Counted from the stretch's first letter, positions 18,477 to 27,531 are shown. The stretch: DNA of 64,000 bases from an uncultured Candidatus Saccharibacteria bacterium (GCA_964473175.1 CAYYNN010000001.1:100603-164602); one strand, 5' to 3'. Made by a program: numbers and translations. Notes: a model not told the origin generated them from the letters alone.

Positions 18477-19088
18477 TTAAAGAACGACACTAGCTACATA
18501 TTCCATCACAACTTTTGTGGGCATGTTTGCTTTGAATAACATACGCTTTGCATCATAGATTATCGCTGATTTTTTTGCGTCAGTTTTAAACTGTGCCTCA
18601 AATTGATCTAGTAGTGCAACAGCAGACGCCCGACGTGTTGCCGCATCGTCATCACTGTCACTTGAAAGTTCTTTTTTTACATACTCTAGCGCTTGAGCTT
18701 TATCCATTGTTTGAACTGCTACCATCGCTCGTTGTGTTTGGAGTAGTGCAACACGTGATCGTATCGTTAAAGGTACTATGTACGGATATGGTGTAACAAA
18801 AACAATAGTGGTGCGTTGATCTGGTTCTTCTAATGATTTCAAAAGTAGTTGCGCGGCATCAGAAGAAAATACTGAAAAATACACAATGATCGCTCTTTCG
18901 GTATCGTCACCTTCAACAGCAAACGATGCAACAGTGCGTGCATTATCCTTTGTAAATCTCGCAACGTTGAGCATATGCACTATCGCAAAAGTGTCTTCCA
19001 TCTCATGAGCGAGTGTATAAAACTGTTCTACATTTCCCTGTACAAGAAATATCCGCTGTGGTTTGTATTGTTCAAAAATAATCGCCAT
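18477..19088 (-). CDS. DNA polymerase III delta' subunit (HolB)-like AAA+ protein
   Basis: 203 aa; the clamp-loader sensor region (…AAQLLLKSLEEPDQRTTIVFVTPYPYIVPLTIRSRVALL) matches LLKTLEEPP…SRC. The Walker A site is degenerate, as expected for delta'. Confidence 0.55.
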   Translation of the reverse strand: MAIIFEQYKPQRIFLVQGNVEQFYTLAHEMEDTFAIVHMLNVARFTKDNARTVASFAVEGDDTERAIIVYFSVFSSDAAQLLLKSLEEPDQRTTIVFVTPYPYIVPLTIRSRVALLQTQRAMVAVQTMDKAQALEYVKKELSSDSDDDAATRRASAVALLDQFEAQFKTDAKKSAIIYDAKRMLFKANMPTKVVMEYVASVVL

Positions 19089-19089
19089 A

Positions 19090-20103
19090 TTATTTTTTTA
19101 CTAAAATCGAACGTTTGTATTCATCCATATGCTCTAAAAGAATTCCTGTGCCGTTTACAACTGCATGGAGCACATCATCGGCAAGTCTCACTTTTATACC
19201 TGTTTGTTGTTCGATAAGTGTCGGTAGGTGCGCCAATGCAGCGGTCCCTCCTGTCATAACGATACCGTTATCAATAATATCACTCGCGAGTTCTGGGGGT
19301 GTTTGCTCCAACACACTCTTAATAGCTTTGATGATAAGTTTAAGTTCATAATCAATTGCCTTAACCAACTCATTGGTTGTGATATCAAGTGTTACCGGAA
19401 GTCCCGATACACTATCACGTCCTTTTACACTACCGTGAACATCTGGAGTAACGGTTAACGCAGAAGCTAATGTTTTCTTTACTTCTTCTGCTGTTTGATC
19501 CCCAATATACACATTATAGGTACGTTTGATGTAATCGATAATTGCTTGATCAAGTTTATTACCGCCGCATTTCACTGACGTTGATGCCACAATGCCGCCC
19601 AGAGAGATAACGGCGATATCAGTTGTCCCGCCACCTGAGTCGATAATCATACAGCCTTTTGCATCATTAATAGACACACCTGCACCGAGTGCAGCAAGTA
19701 CTGCTTCTTTTACTATTATCGCGCTTTTTGCTCCTGCTTTCATCGTCGCTTCAATCACTGCGCGTCGTTCGGTTGAAGTAATACCTGCGGGCACTGATAC
19801 GAGAACATCTGGTTTAAATAAAGAACTGCGACCAAGTGATTTGGTTAAAAAGTATCGCAACATCGCATATGTTATGTTGTAGTCAGCAATAGCACCGTCC
19901 TGCATGGGTCGATACACAGATATCGTATCAGGAGTTTTCCCAATCATGTCTTTCGCTTCAAGTCCGATTGCAACAATCGTTTTGGTCGTTCGATCTACGG
20001 CAACAACGGTGGGCTCATTGAGTACGATACCTTTCCCCGAAACATACACCAACGTATTGGTTGTACCGAGGTCTATGCCGATTTTTTTATTAGCTTTCCA
20101 CAT
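19090..20103 (-). CDS. mreB: rod shape-determining protein MreB
   Basis: 337 aa; IGIDLGTTNTLVYVSGKGIVLNEPTVVAV… and the actin-fold motifs throughout. Confidence 0.9.
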   Translation of the reverse strand: MWKANKKIGIDLGTTNTLVYVSGKGIVLNEPTVVAVDRTTKTIVAIGLEAKDMIGKTPDTISVYRPMQDGAIADYNITYAMLRYFLTKSLGRSSLFKPDVLVSVPAGITSTERRAVIEATMKAGAKSAIIVKEAVLAALGAGVSINDAKGCMIIDSGGGTTDIAVISLGGIVASTSVKCGGNKLDQAIIDYIKRTYNVYIGDQTAEEVKKTLASALTVTPDVHGSVKGRDSVSGLPVTLDITTNELVKAIDYELKLIIKAIKSVLEQTPPELASDIIDNGIVMTGGTAALAHLPTLIEQQTGIKVRLADDVLHAVVNGTGILLEHMDEYKRSILVKK

Positions 20104-20127
20104 ATACCTTACAGATAGTATAGTGCA

Positions 20128-22002
20128 TTGATGTATGTAGCAACCATTATTCCTATTGCGCGAGGTATTCCATTTGATATGTTGACGTATTTTAGCCCAG
20201 AAATACTTGCTACAGGAACACTCGTTTCTGTGCCTTTTGGTAGACAGGTAATCATTGGGATTATTATAGAAAGTACGCCTCTTGCGGAAGCAAAGTCAAT
20301 GATCAAGCAGGCAGCATTTTCTTTAAAGAAAATTAAACAGGTTCTCGGTCATCTCCCTTATTTTGAAAAAATGATTGTTGCTCTTCAAGCAACCGCCACA
20401 CAAACACTTGCACCTGTTGGCGCCATTGCAGGTGCAGTCATGCCGCATTTTTTATTTGAATATATGCAAGGAGAAAAACTTTCTGACGTATTAGGCGACC
20501 AGATACTGCCAGAAAGTGCTCCCCAAGAACATGTCTATGCAGCAACACTTACCGATAGAGCTGATCAATATAAACGACTGATACGTTCTGCATTTGCTGA
20601 GAAGAAAAGTGTATTCTTTGTCGCACCAACAATCAAAGCACTCGAGCAGTGGAAAACACGTCTTGAGAAAGGAATCCAAAAACACGTGGTGATTCTCCAT
20701 AGTAAAACAACGAAAAAAAACTTGCGTGTATATTTTTCATTAATTAAAAGCAGTGATCGACCACTACTCGTGTTCGTCACACCAGGATTTTTCGTTATCC
20801 CGCGCTCAGATCTCGGATACGTTATCGCAGAGAACGAGAGCTCCAACCTTTACAAAACATCCGATAGATTTGCTATTGATGTCCGGATCTTTATTAAAGC
20901 ATTTTGTGAACATGCCCATATTGATCTTACATGGGGCGACGCAATACCTCGTCTTGAAACACTTGCGCGACTCGAATCTGATCATCTACCTCGTATATAT
21001 GTGCCTGACAAACTCCATATTGTAGCAGTAGAGCATTATCGTACCGTACTACCTAGTGAGGTAATGGATCTCATACGACATGCGGAGAAGAAAAAATATC
21101 GACTTTTTATTTATACAAACCGCAAAGGTATTGCTCCGCTTTCACGATGTGTTGATTGTGGCACTATTGTGACCTGTCCGACATGTACATTACCCGTCGT
21201 CCTGCGTAACCGAATACTCGTTGATGGTACACGCGAGCGATACTTTGTTTGTACGCATTGCGGTGACGGACTACCCACAACTCATTTGTGTACCTTCTGC
21301 AGCAGTTGGAACATTTCACCATTAGCAATAGGAACCGAAAGTCTACACGAAGAAATAGCATCACTGATTGGCCCAGAAAATGTATTTACGGTAGACGATG
21401 ATGCTACACCAGACAGCGTTGCTGTTGAGAAATTGATTACTGAAATTCAAACAAAAAAGTTTGCAGTCGTTGTTGGTACAGTCAAAATACTGCCGTACAT
21501 GAAAGGCATTCATTACACTATTTTTCCTTTCTTTGACCGACTGTTATCAACACCCGCATTGTCGACTACTGAGAACTTGTTACGACTCGTTATGGAATGT
21601 AACGAACTTTCAACCGAAGGAGTCATCGTGTGCACGCGTACACCAGACTTCCCGCTTATTAAACAACTCGAAACACAGAAAATAAATGCGATCATCTCTG
21701 ATGAGCTCGCCACCCGTCGCGAACTTGGCTATCCACCATACGGACTCTTGATCAAAATTTCTCTTACCGTCCCAGAAGGGTACCGACAAAAGATCAAAGA
21801 AGCGGTTGATTTCTATTTCACTGATACTGAAAGTTCGGCTCTCCCCGCTCGTCGGATTTCTCCTGGATCAATGAAGGTGCTCCTTGTATGGATTATTAAA
21901 GCCGCTACTACGTATATAGAAGACGAAGGGAGTAGTATTACCAGGTTTCTCGACAGCCTACGCTTTCCATACAAAATAGAGCAAAATCCGGACAGGTTTT
22001 AA
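20128..22002 (+). CDS. primosomal protein N' (PriA)-like, with degenerate helicase motifs
   Basis: 624 aa. The N-terminal 3'-DNA-binding region (…TGTLVSVPFGRQVIIGIIIES…) and the Cys-rich zinc module (CVDCGTIVTCPTC…CTHCG…CTFCSS) match PriA. The Walker A position reads TLTDRADQ and the Walker B position reads AENE. Confidence 0.65.
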   Translation: MMYVATIIPIARGIPFDMLTYFSPEILATGTLVSVPFGRQVIIGIIIESTPLAEAKSMIKQAAFSLKKIKQVLGHLPYFEKMIVALQATATQTLAPVGAIAGAVMPHFLFEYMQGEKLSDVLGDQILPESAPQEHVYAATLTDRADQYKRLIRSAFAEKKSVFFVAPTIKALEQWKTRLEKGIQKHVVILHSKTTKKNLRVYFSLIKSSDRPLLVFVTPGFFVIPRSDLGYVIAENESSNLYKTSDRFAIDVRIFIKAFCEHAHIDLTWGDAIPRLETLARLESDHLPRIYVPDKLHIVAVEHYRTVLPSEVMDLIRHAEKKKYRLFIYTNRKGIAPLSRCVDCGTIVTCPTCTLPVVLRNRILVDGTRERYFVCTHCGDGLPTTHLCTFCSSWNISPLAIGTESLHEEIASLIGPENVFTVDDDATPDSVAVEKLITEIQTKKFAVVVGTVKILPYMKGIHYTIFPFFDRLLSTPALSTTENLLRLVMECNELSTEGVIVCTRTPDFPLIKQLETQKINAIISDELATRRELGYPPYGLLIKISLTVPEGYRQKIKEAVDFYFTDTESSALPARRISPGSMKVLLVWIIKAATTYIEDEGSSITRFLDSLRFPYKIEQNPDRF

Positions 22003-22014
22003 TCATAGCTAACC

Positions 22015-22043
22015 TTGCGTGGACATTGCTCATATGGTACGAT
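22015..22043 (+). promoter_or_regulatory. putative sigma-70-type promoter for rpsU (ttgcgt-N17-tacgat), implying a near-leaderless transcript
   Basis: ttgcgt at 22015-22020, a 17-nt spacer, tacgat at 22038-22043, then the ATG at 22051. There is no SD sequence. Confidence 0.3.
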
Positions 22044-22050
22044 ATCGCCC

Positions 22051-22275
22051 ATGCCGACAATTAATATTGATCTCAAAAGAAATGCGAACGAAAACGGAAT
22101 CAGCCTCGTGCGCCGTTTCTCACGCAAGATGCAGGAAGCTGGCATCATTCCACAGGTAAAGAACAACCGCTATGCAACTCGCGCAACATCAAAACTTGCT
22201 CAAAAGAACATGCGTCTCAGGTCTCTTGCCCGACGTGTAGAAGTAGAACGCCTCAAAAAATTGGGCAAAATGTAA
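22051..22275 (+). CDS. rpsU: 30S ribosomal protein S21
   Basis: 74 aa starting MPTINIDLKRNANENGISLVRRFSRKMQEAGII…; the basic C-terminus follows the S21 pattern (LRRF.R……YEKP…R). The track ORF starts 12 codons earlier. Confidence 0.7.
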   Translation: MPTINIDLKRNANENGISLVRRFSRKMQEAGIIPQVKNNRYATRATSKLAQKNMRLRSLARRVEVERLKKLGKM

Positions 22276-22340
22276 GGGAGCGCAGCGAACACTTACGTCG
22301 AGCTTGCGAGACGCAAGGTAAGCGAGCGAAGCGAACACTT

Positions 22341-22769
22341 ATGCAGAACCTCGAACACCACAATATATCAATTACATCCAATGGCACTTTACCCAAAGTG
22401 CCATTTTTGGCTATAAAAGAGAAAGTCCTAGGGAAAAGATACGAAATCTCAATCGCATTTGTATCCCCTGCAAAAGCACACGCACTTAACATTGAGCACC
22501 GCAACAAAGACTACGTGCCAAATACCCTTTCATTTTCATTAACCAAAACAAGTGGTGAAATAATCATGTGCATCAGTGCAATCAAAAAACAATACAAGGA
22601 TTTTAATATGAATCTCGAAACATATATCATATTTTTACTCATCCACAGCATGCTGCATTTGAAAGGAATGGAACATGGGAGTACAATGGAACACAAGGAA
22701 AAACAATTGCTAACGTTTTTTACTTCTCCTATTATTCAAAATGAAACAATCCATCGCAGTCGGCATTGA
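22341..22769 (+). CDS. ybeY: rRNA maturation endoribonuclease YbeY
   Basis: 142 aa; metal-binding motif …FLLIHSMLHLKGMEHG… (HxxxHxxGxxH) and an upstream …NTLSFSL… segment. Confidence 0.8.
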   Translation: MQNLEHHNISITSNGTLPKVPFLAIKEKVLGKRYEISIAFVSPAKAHALNIEHRNKDYVPNTLSFSLTKTSGEIIMCISAIKKQYKDFNMNLETYIIFLLIHSMLHLKGMEHGSTMEHKEKQLLTFFTSPIIQNETIHRSRH

Positions 22770-23925
22770 TATCGGAACATCCCTTACACGTGTTGTTGTG
22801 TGTGAGCACGAATCAACAGCTGCGAATATGCCAAGAGTTCTCGCTGCTGGTGTCCGCCCAAGCAAAGGCTTGCGTCACGGATATGTTGTCAACAGAGAAG
22901 AAGCAGTTATGAGCCTCAAGAGCGCCATCAGTGATGCAGAAAACGAATACGGTTCCCGTATTCGTTCAGCAAGTCTAGCGATTGGAGGTGTCGGTCTCGC
23001 TTCAGAGTACGCTTTGGGTACTGCAATGGTCACTCGCGCAGACTCTATTATCAGTAAACTCGATATCGAAAAAGCGATTGCAGATGCCGAAGCAAAAGTA
23101 GAACTCAAAAACAAAATTATTCTTCACGCATTCCCTATTGCATTTAAAGTTGATGGAGTGGAACTTCCAACGAGACCCGAAGGGATCACTGGATTTAAAC
23201 TTGAAGTGAAAGTTTTATTTATAACCTGTTTACAACAGCACCTCGATGATTTACTCGGTGTTGTTACGGATGCGGGAGTCAAGGTTACCAGCTTCACTGC
23301 TACTCCTATTGCAACCGAGCAAATATTACTCACCGACCTACAGCGTAATTTTGGTTGTGCACTTATTGATATTGGCGCAGAAACAGTATCAGTATCAGTG
23401 TTTGAAAATGGTTCTCTGGTCTCCCTGCACGTGTTTGGCATTGGTTCGCAAGACATCACCAAAGATATCGCGCTTGGACTACGTGTTACCCCTGATGAAG
23501 CAGAAAATATTAAACAAGGAGTGGTTGGATTTAATAGTATTTCTAAAAAGAAGTTGGATGAAATTGTCGAGGCGAGACTTTCGGATATTTTTGAACTCGT
23601 TGATAAATATTTCAAAAAAATAGGACGATCTGGATTACTTCCTGCTGGAGCTATTATTATTGGCGGTGGTTCACACACTGCGATGCTCGAAAGTGTCGCA
23701 CGTCACATGCTTCGCATTCCTATCAAAACAGGATTTCTGGAGTTCCCGGCTCAACCAACGCAGTCAGGCATCAAGACCTCAAAAGACCAGCGACTTCTTG
23801 TTGGATATGGAGTTGCGACAAGTATTATCGACAGAGCTTCGATTGGTGGCAAGTCTTCTCGTTCAGGAGAACATGATGGATTCTTGGCAACCATCAAAAA
23901 CTTTTTCAAACAGTTGATGCCTTAA
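22741..23925 (+). CDS. ftsA: cell division protein FtsA
   Basis: 394 aa; IAVGIDIGTSLTRVVV… and the second phosphate motif IIIGGGSHTAMLE. Lies immediately upstream of ftsZ. Confidence 0.85.
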   Translation: MKQSIAVGIDIGTSLTRVVVCEHESTAANMPRVLAAGVRPSKGLRHGYVVNREEAVMSLKSAISDAENEYGSRIRSASLAIGGVGLASEYALGTAMVTRADSIISKLDIEKAIADAEAKVELKNKIILHAFPIAFKVDGVELPTRPEGITGFKLEVKVLFITCLQQHLDDLLGVVTDAGVKVTSFTATPIATEQILLTDLQRNFGCALIDIGAETVSVSVFENGSLVSLHVFGIGSQDITKDIALGLRVTPDEAENIKQGVVGFNSISKKKLDEIVEARLSDIFELVDKYFKKIGRSGLLPAGAIIIGGGSHTAMLESVARHMLRIPIKTGFLEFPAQPTQSGIKTSKDQRLLVGYGVATSIIDRASIGGKSSRSGEHDGFLATIKNFFKQLMP

Positions 23926-24062
23926 TCTGAAAAATCATACTCCATGATAATGAAATGCATTATCATCTTGTCAATACATCATTGCCCTTTTCTTCTATTC
24001 TGATACTATATCTGCTGTAGCAACACCTCCTCGGAAAGGGAGAAAAACGAGTAGAAAAATCT

Positions 24063-25253
24063 ATGGCAAAAATGACCCCCGAAATTGAAACAGCAGCACG
24101 TATTAAAGTCATCGGCATTGGTGGTTCTGGTAAAAATGCGCTCAACCACATGATGGAAAACAAGGTTCGCGCGGTGGAATTCGTGGCTATGAACACCGAT
24201 GTTCAAGATCTCCACAACTCTCTCGCAGAAAAGAAAATTCACCTTGGCAAAAACCTCACCAAAGGACTCGGTGCTGGTATGAACCCAGAAGTGGGTGCTC
24301 GTGCCGCAGAAGAAACAAAAGCTGAAATCCAAGATGCCGTCAAAGGTGCCGACATGGTATTTATTGCCTGTGGAATGGGCGGTGGAACTGGAACAGGTGC
24401 AGCAGCAGTCGTCGCTCGCGCTTCCAAAGAGCAAGGCATCCTCACCGTTGCCGTCGTTACCAAGCCATTCTTCTTTGAAGGCAACCAGCGTATGCGTATC
24501 GCGGAACAAGGTATCGCAGAGCTTGAACGCGAAGTAGATGCGATCATCGTCATCCCCAACGACCGACTCCTCGCTATCGCGGGCAAAGATACAACATTTA
24601 AAGATGCATTTGCAAAATGTGATGAAGTACTCCGACAAGCAGTTGAGGGTATTTCAGAGCTCATTGCCTCACCCGGTATCATCAACGTCGACTTTGCCGA
24701 TATGAAATCTGTACTCACTGACGCCGGAACTGCGCTCATGGGTGTTGGATTTGCTTCTGGTGATGGACGTGCAGAAAAAGCCGCTATCCAGGCTATCAAC
24801 TCCCCGCTCTTGGATATTTCTATCAATGGAGCAAAAGGCGTACTGTTTGCAATCTCTAGTAACGACGACCTGACTATGGCTGAATTCCAAGACGCAGCAA
24901 AAGTTATCACCGAAAGTATCGATAAAGATGCGCGAGTTATTATCGGTACTATTTTGGATGAACGAATAAAGAAGGGTGAGATTAAAATTACGGTTATCGC
25001 AACTGGTTTTCCAAGTGATTCTGGAAAGAAAGGAACCCTCTTTAGCCCAAGCGGTCGAGAACTGTTCAATAGACAAGATACTTCAACAGCTTCAACCGAT
25101 CGAAGTGCCGCGCACCAAGAAGAAGAGCGTCCAATGATCCAAAAAATAGATCTCAAACCTTCAGAATCTGAACTCGCAGATACAGATACTGTTGATGAGG
25201 ACCTTGATAACTTTGGTGCAATACCTGCATTTTTACGAAGAAATAAAAAATAA
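24063..25253 (+). CDS. ftsZ: cell division protein FtsZ
   Basis: 396 aa; GTP-binding signature GGGTGTGAAAVVA; the T7 loop and C-terminal tail are present. Confidence 0.95.
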   Translation: MAKMTPEIETAARIKVIGIGGSGKNALNHMMENKVRAVEFVAMNTDVQDLHNSLAEKKIHLGKNLTKGLGAGMNPEVGARAAEETKAEIQDAVKGADMVFIACGMGGGTGTGAAAVVARASKEQGILTVAVVTKPFFFEGNQRMRIAEQGIAELEREVDAIIVIPNDRLLAIAGKDTTFKDAFAKCDEVLRQAVEGISELIASPGIINVDFADMKSVLTDAGTALMGVGFASGDGRAEKAAIQAINSPLLDISINGAKGVLFAISSNDDLTMAEFQDAAKVITESIDKDARVIIGTILDERIKKGEIKITVIATGFPSDSGKKGTLFSPSGRELFNRQDTSTASTDRSAAHQEEERPMIQKIDLKPSESELADTDTVDEDLDNFGAIPAFLRRNKK

Positions 25254-25260
25254 ATTAAAT

Positions 25261-25326
25261 AAAAAATACACAAATTTTGAGTGTCTGGTGAACTAACCCG
25301 AGGACCGAAAAATTTGTGTATTTTTT
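25261..25326 (+). terminator. long A/T-only hairpin downstream of ftsZ (18-bp stem, about 30-nt loop), a probable terminator or RNA structure
   Basis: aaaaaatacacaaatttt (25261-25278) is the exact reverse complement of aaaatttgtgtatttttt (25309-25326); a T-run follows. Confidence 0.4.
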
Positions 25327-25359
25327 ATTTTAATTACTCTCCTGTATACTTGACCTCGT

Positions 25360-26298
25360 ATGAACTACGAACTTATCATCATTGGTGGAGGTCCAGCGGC
25401 GTGTGCGGCAGCAGTATACGCGGCACGTAAGCGAATAGTGACACTACTCATTGCCGAAGAAGTCGGTGGGCAGTCTTCTGTATCAGATACTATCTTTAAC
25501 TGGATAGGTACACCCACCATCAGTGGAGGTGACCTGGCAAAAAGTTTCAAAACACATATCGAAGAGTACGCAAAACCTGAACATACACTCACGCTCAAGA
25601 TCGGCAGTAGAGTGAGCACTATCACTAAGTCTGGTGATATATTTGCAGTCACTATCGAAGGCGACACAGTCTCTATTGAGACCAAAAGCATACTAATCGC
25701 TACCGGTTCAAGTCACCGCAAACTCGAAGTCACTGGCGCCAAAGAGTTCGATCACAAAGGCATCATGTACTGTGCGACATGTGACGGCCCATTGTTCTCT
25801 GGTCAACCAGTCGCAGTCGCTGGTGGAGGTAACGCTGCACTCGAAGCAGTGCTCCAACTTGCCCAATATGCGTCCCACGTGACACTCTTGCACCGTTCTG
25901 ACAGCTATCGCGCAGATCAGATCACGGTCGACAATGTCGCAAAGCTCACTAACGTCACCTTGCTCAAAAATACTGACCTCCTAGAGATCAAAGGTGATAA
26001 GTTTGTATCAGAGGTCGTGTTCAAGCAAAAAGACGCGGTAGCGCCCACAGAGCTCGCTGTGAACGCTCTATTTGTGGAGATCGGACAGATCCCAAACACT
26101 ACATTTGCAAAGGATGTTGTCGCGCTCGACACTATGGGCAAAATCATTGTTGATCCTATGAACCAACGTACTGAGACCCTCGGTATATGGTCTGCTGGTG
26201 ACTGCACTACCGGCCTGTATCATCAGAACAATATCGCCGCAGGTGACGCTGTCAAAGCTATCGAGGACTTGTACGTCTGGCTCAAAACAGGGAAATAA
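25360..26298 (+). CDS. trxB: thioredoxin-disulfide reductase
   Basis: 312 aa; FAD site IIIGGGPAACAAAVYAAR, redox-active CATC (…MYCATCDGPLF…) and the NADPH site AVAGGGNAALE. Confidence 0.85.
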   Translation: MNYELIIIGGGPAACAAAVYAARKRIVTLLIAEEVGGQSSVSDTIFNWIGTPTISGGDLAKSFKTHIEEYAKPEHTLTLKIGSRVSTITKSGDIFAVTIEGDTVSIETKSILIATGSSHRKLEVTGAKEFDHKGIMYCATCDGPLFSGQPVAVAGGGNAALEAVLQLAQYASHVTLLHRSDSYRADQITVDNVAKLTNVTLLKNTDLLEIKGDKFVSEVVFKQKDAVAPTELAVNALFVEIGQIPNTTFAKDVVALDTMGKIIVDPMNQRTETLGIWSAGDCTTGLYHQNNIAAGDAVKAIEDLYVWLKTGK

Positions 26299-26525
26299 TA
26301 GTTGACAGCTATATAAATAGGTGCTACTATAGAAACAGAATTTAATGGGTTAAGTAAAAAAAGGAGCTAGTAGTTGATTGATAGTACATATACGATTGAT
26401 ATTATTTTTTCAATTACTACCCCTTTTTCTTAAAAATGTTTTTTGTACCGATTTTCATATGGTTGATGTTGCAGGACAAGCTACAAACCACAAGACCTTC
26501 ATTTTTTGAAGGTTTTTTTATTTGG

Positions 26526-26568
26526 TGCACGGTAGAGGGATCGCCTCTCCCTTCGGTCGAAATGCACT
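26526..26568 (-). pseudogene. degenerate duplicate of the tRNA-Val 3' half (T-arm, acceptor 3' strand and encoded CCA)
   Basis: The minus strand reads …GACCGAAGGGAGAGGCGATCCCTCTACCGTGCACCA. It shares 19 nt exactly (gtgcacggtagagggatcg) with the 3' end of the tRNA-Val gene and shows weaker similarity beyond that. The T-loop is 2 nt short and no 5' half is present. Confidence 0.5.
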
Positions 26569-26647
26569 ATTTTTATAGTCGCTCTCGCTCCTTAAAAATA
26601 GGCACCTACGGTTCTATCCCTGACCTGCCTTTTCACTTCGTTCAAAG

Positions 26648-26721
26648 TGCACGGTAGAGGGATCGAACCTCTCACCTCAGCAATGTCAATGCTGCGCTCT
26701 AACCATATGAGCTAACCGCGC
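26648..26721 (-). tRNA. tRNA-Val (anticodon GAC), with an apparent G3:U70 pair
   Basis: Manual fold of 74 nt: acceptor GCGCGGT/ACCGTGC, D-arm GCTC-ATATGGTTA-GAGC, anticodon stem CAGCA/TGCTG with loop TTGACAT, variable loop AGGTG, T-arm AGAGG-TTCGATC-CCTCT, discriminator A. CCA is not encoded. Confidence 0.8.
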
Positions 26722-26834
26722 GGGTTGTGTTGCAAAATATAACATACTTGCCCTTCATTCGCGAGAATGTTTGCTTTTTAATATAAATGTGTTATTATAA
26801 TATAAACCTCATTTTAAAACTTAAAAAACAATCT

Positions 26835-27356
26835 ATGCGCAATCAATGCAGATCCTCTGCCCTAAGTCTTTGTTCTCACAAAGAAGCAGAGATGTCATTT
26901 TTTCCCATTATTCATTCCTCGGACAAGAGATATGTTATGCCGGAAACAGCGAGAAAAGAAACTTTTGTGGGAATAGCGATGCTATTGCCTATAGTTCCCC
27001 ATCGCATGATCTTAAATGCAGTAAACGGTAGGACAGAATTTACTGACAAAATCCCCCTTGGATTTACAACATTTTCACCTTGTGAAAACCGTTCAATGGA
27101 AAACATCGACATGTACTGGGAACAACTCCTGGATACTAAAAAGAAATTTGGTCACATAACTTTATGGAATATCGTTCCACCAGATGTGTACCGGATCATT
27201 TTTGATAGGCATATCAAAGGAAAAGGTCGTATCTATTACCATGATCCGGCAGTTCAAACTGAACAGCATTTGTTTGCGGTGACTGTAACTACTAGGATAA
27301 AAACCTACCGTGTTGAAGACCCCAAGACAATTGTTATATCAGGTAGAACGAATTAA
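26835..27356 (+). CDS. hypothetical protein
   Basis: About 173 aa from the ATG at 26835 (alternative ATG at 26892, MSFFPII…). No recognisable motif. Sits between tRNA-Val and tRNA-Glu in an AT-rich stretch. Confidence 0.35.
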   Translation: MRNQCRSSALSLCSHKEAEMSFFPIIHSSDKRYVMPETARKETFVGIAMLLPIVPHRMILNAVNGRTEFTDKIPLGFTTFSPCENRSMENIDMYWEQLLDTKKKFGHITLWNIVPPDVYRIIFDRHIKGKGRIYYHDPAVQTEQHLFAVTVTTRIKTYRVEDPKTIVISGRTN

Positions 27357-27456
27357 TCCTACAGACAACACTGAGCCAGCTTTATAAGCTGGCTCATTTG
27401 ATTTTTTAGCAAAAATTTGTACAATAGTACGCACATGGCTATCCGCCACTGTAATT

Positions 27457-27531
27457 GGCCCCATCGTCTAACGGTTAGGACAGAAGCTTTTCAAGCTTTA
27501 AATCGGAGTTCGATTCTCCGTGGGGTCACCA
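27457..27531 (+). tRNA. tRNA-Glu (anticodon TTC), CCA encoded
   Basis: Manual fold of 75 nt: acceptor GGCCCCA/TGGGGTC, D-arm GTCT-AACGGTTA-GGAC, anticodon stem GAAGC/GCTTT with loop TTTTCAA, T-arm CGGAG-TTCGATT-CTCCG, discriminator A, then CCA. A perfect 16-nt palindrome follows at 27533-27548. Confidence 0.85.

Noticed and set aside
23124-23678. 184-aa minus-strand ORF antisense to ftsA
   Set aside because: Fully nested in ftsA and low complexity; judged spurious.
24006-25273. Long minus-strand ORFs (210 aa and 344 aa) antisense to ftsZ
   Set aside because: They lie entirely inside the strongly supported ftsZ gene. They arise from GC- and Gly/Ala-rich codons read in reverse, have no motifs, and are low-complexity Ser/Ala/Arg sequences.
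26436-26657. 73-aa '+' ORF spanning the tRNA-Val fragment region
   Set aside because: It overlaps the duplicated tRNA 3' fragment and a hairpin, has no SD or promoter context, and has an aromatic-rich composition with no motif. It is probably non-coding.
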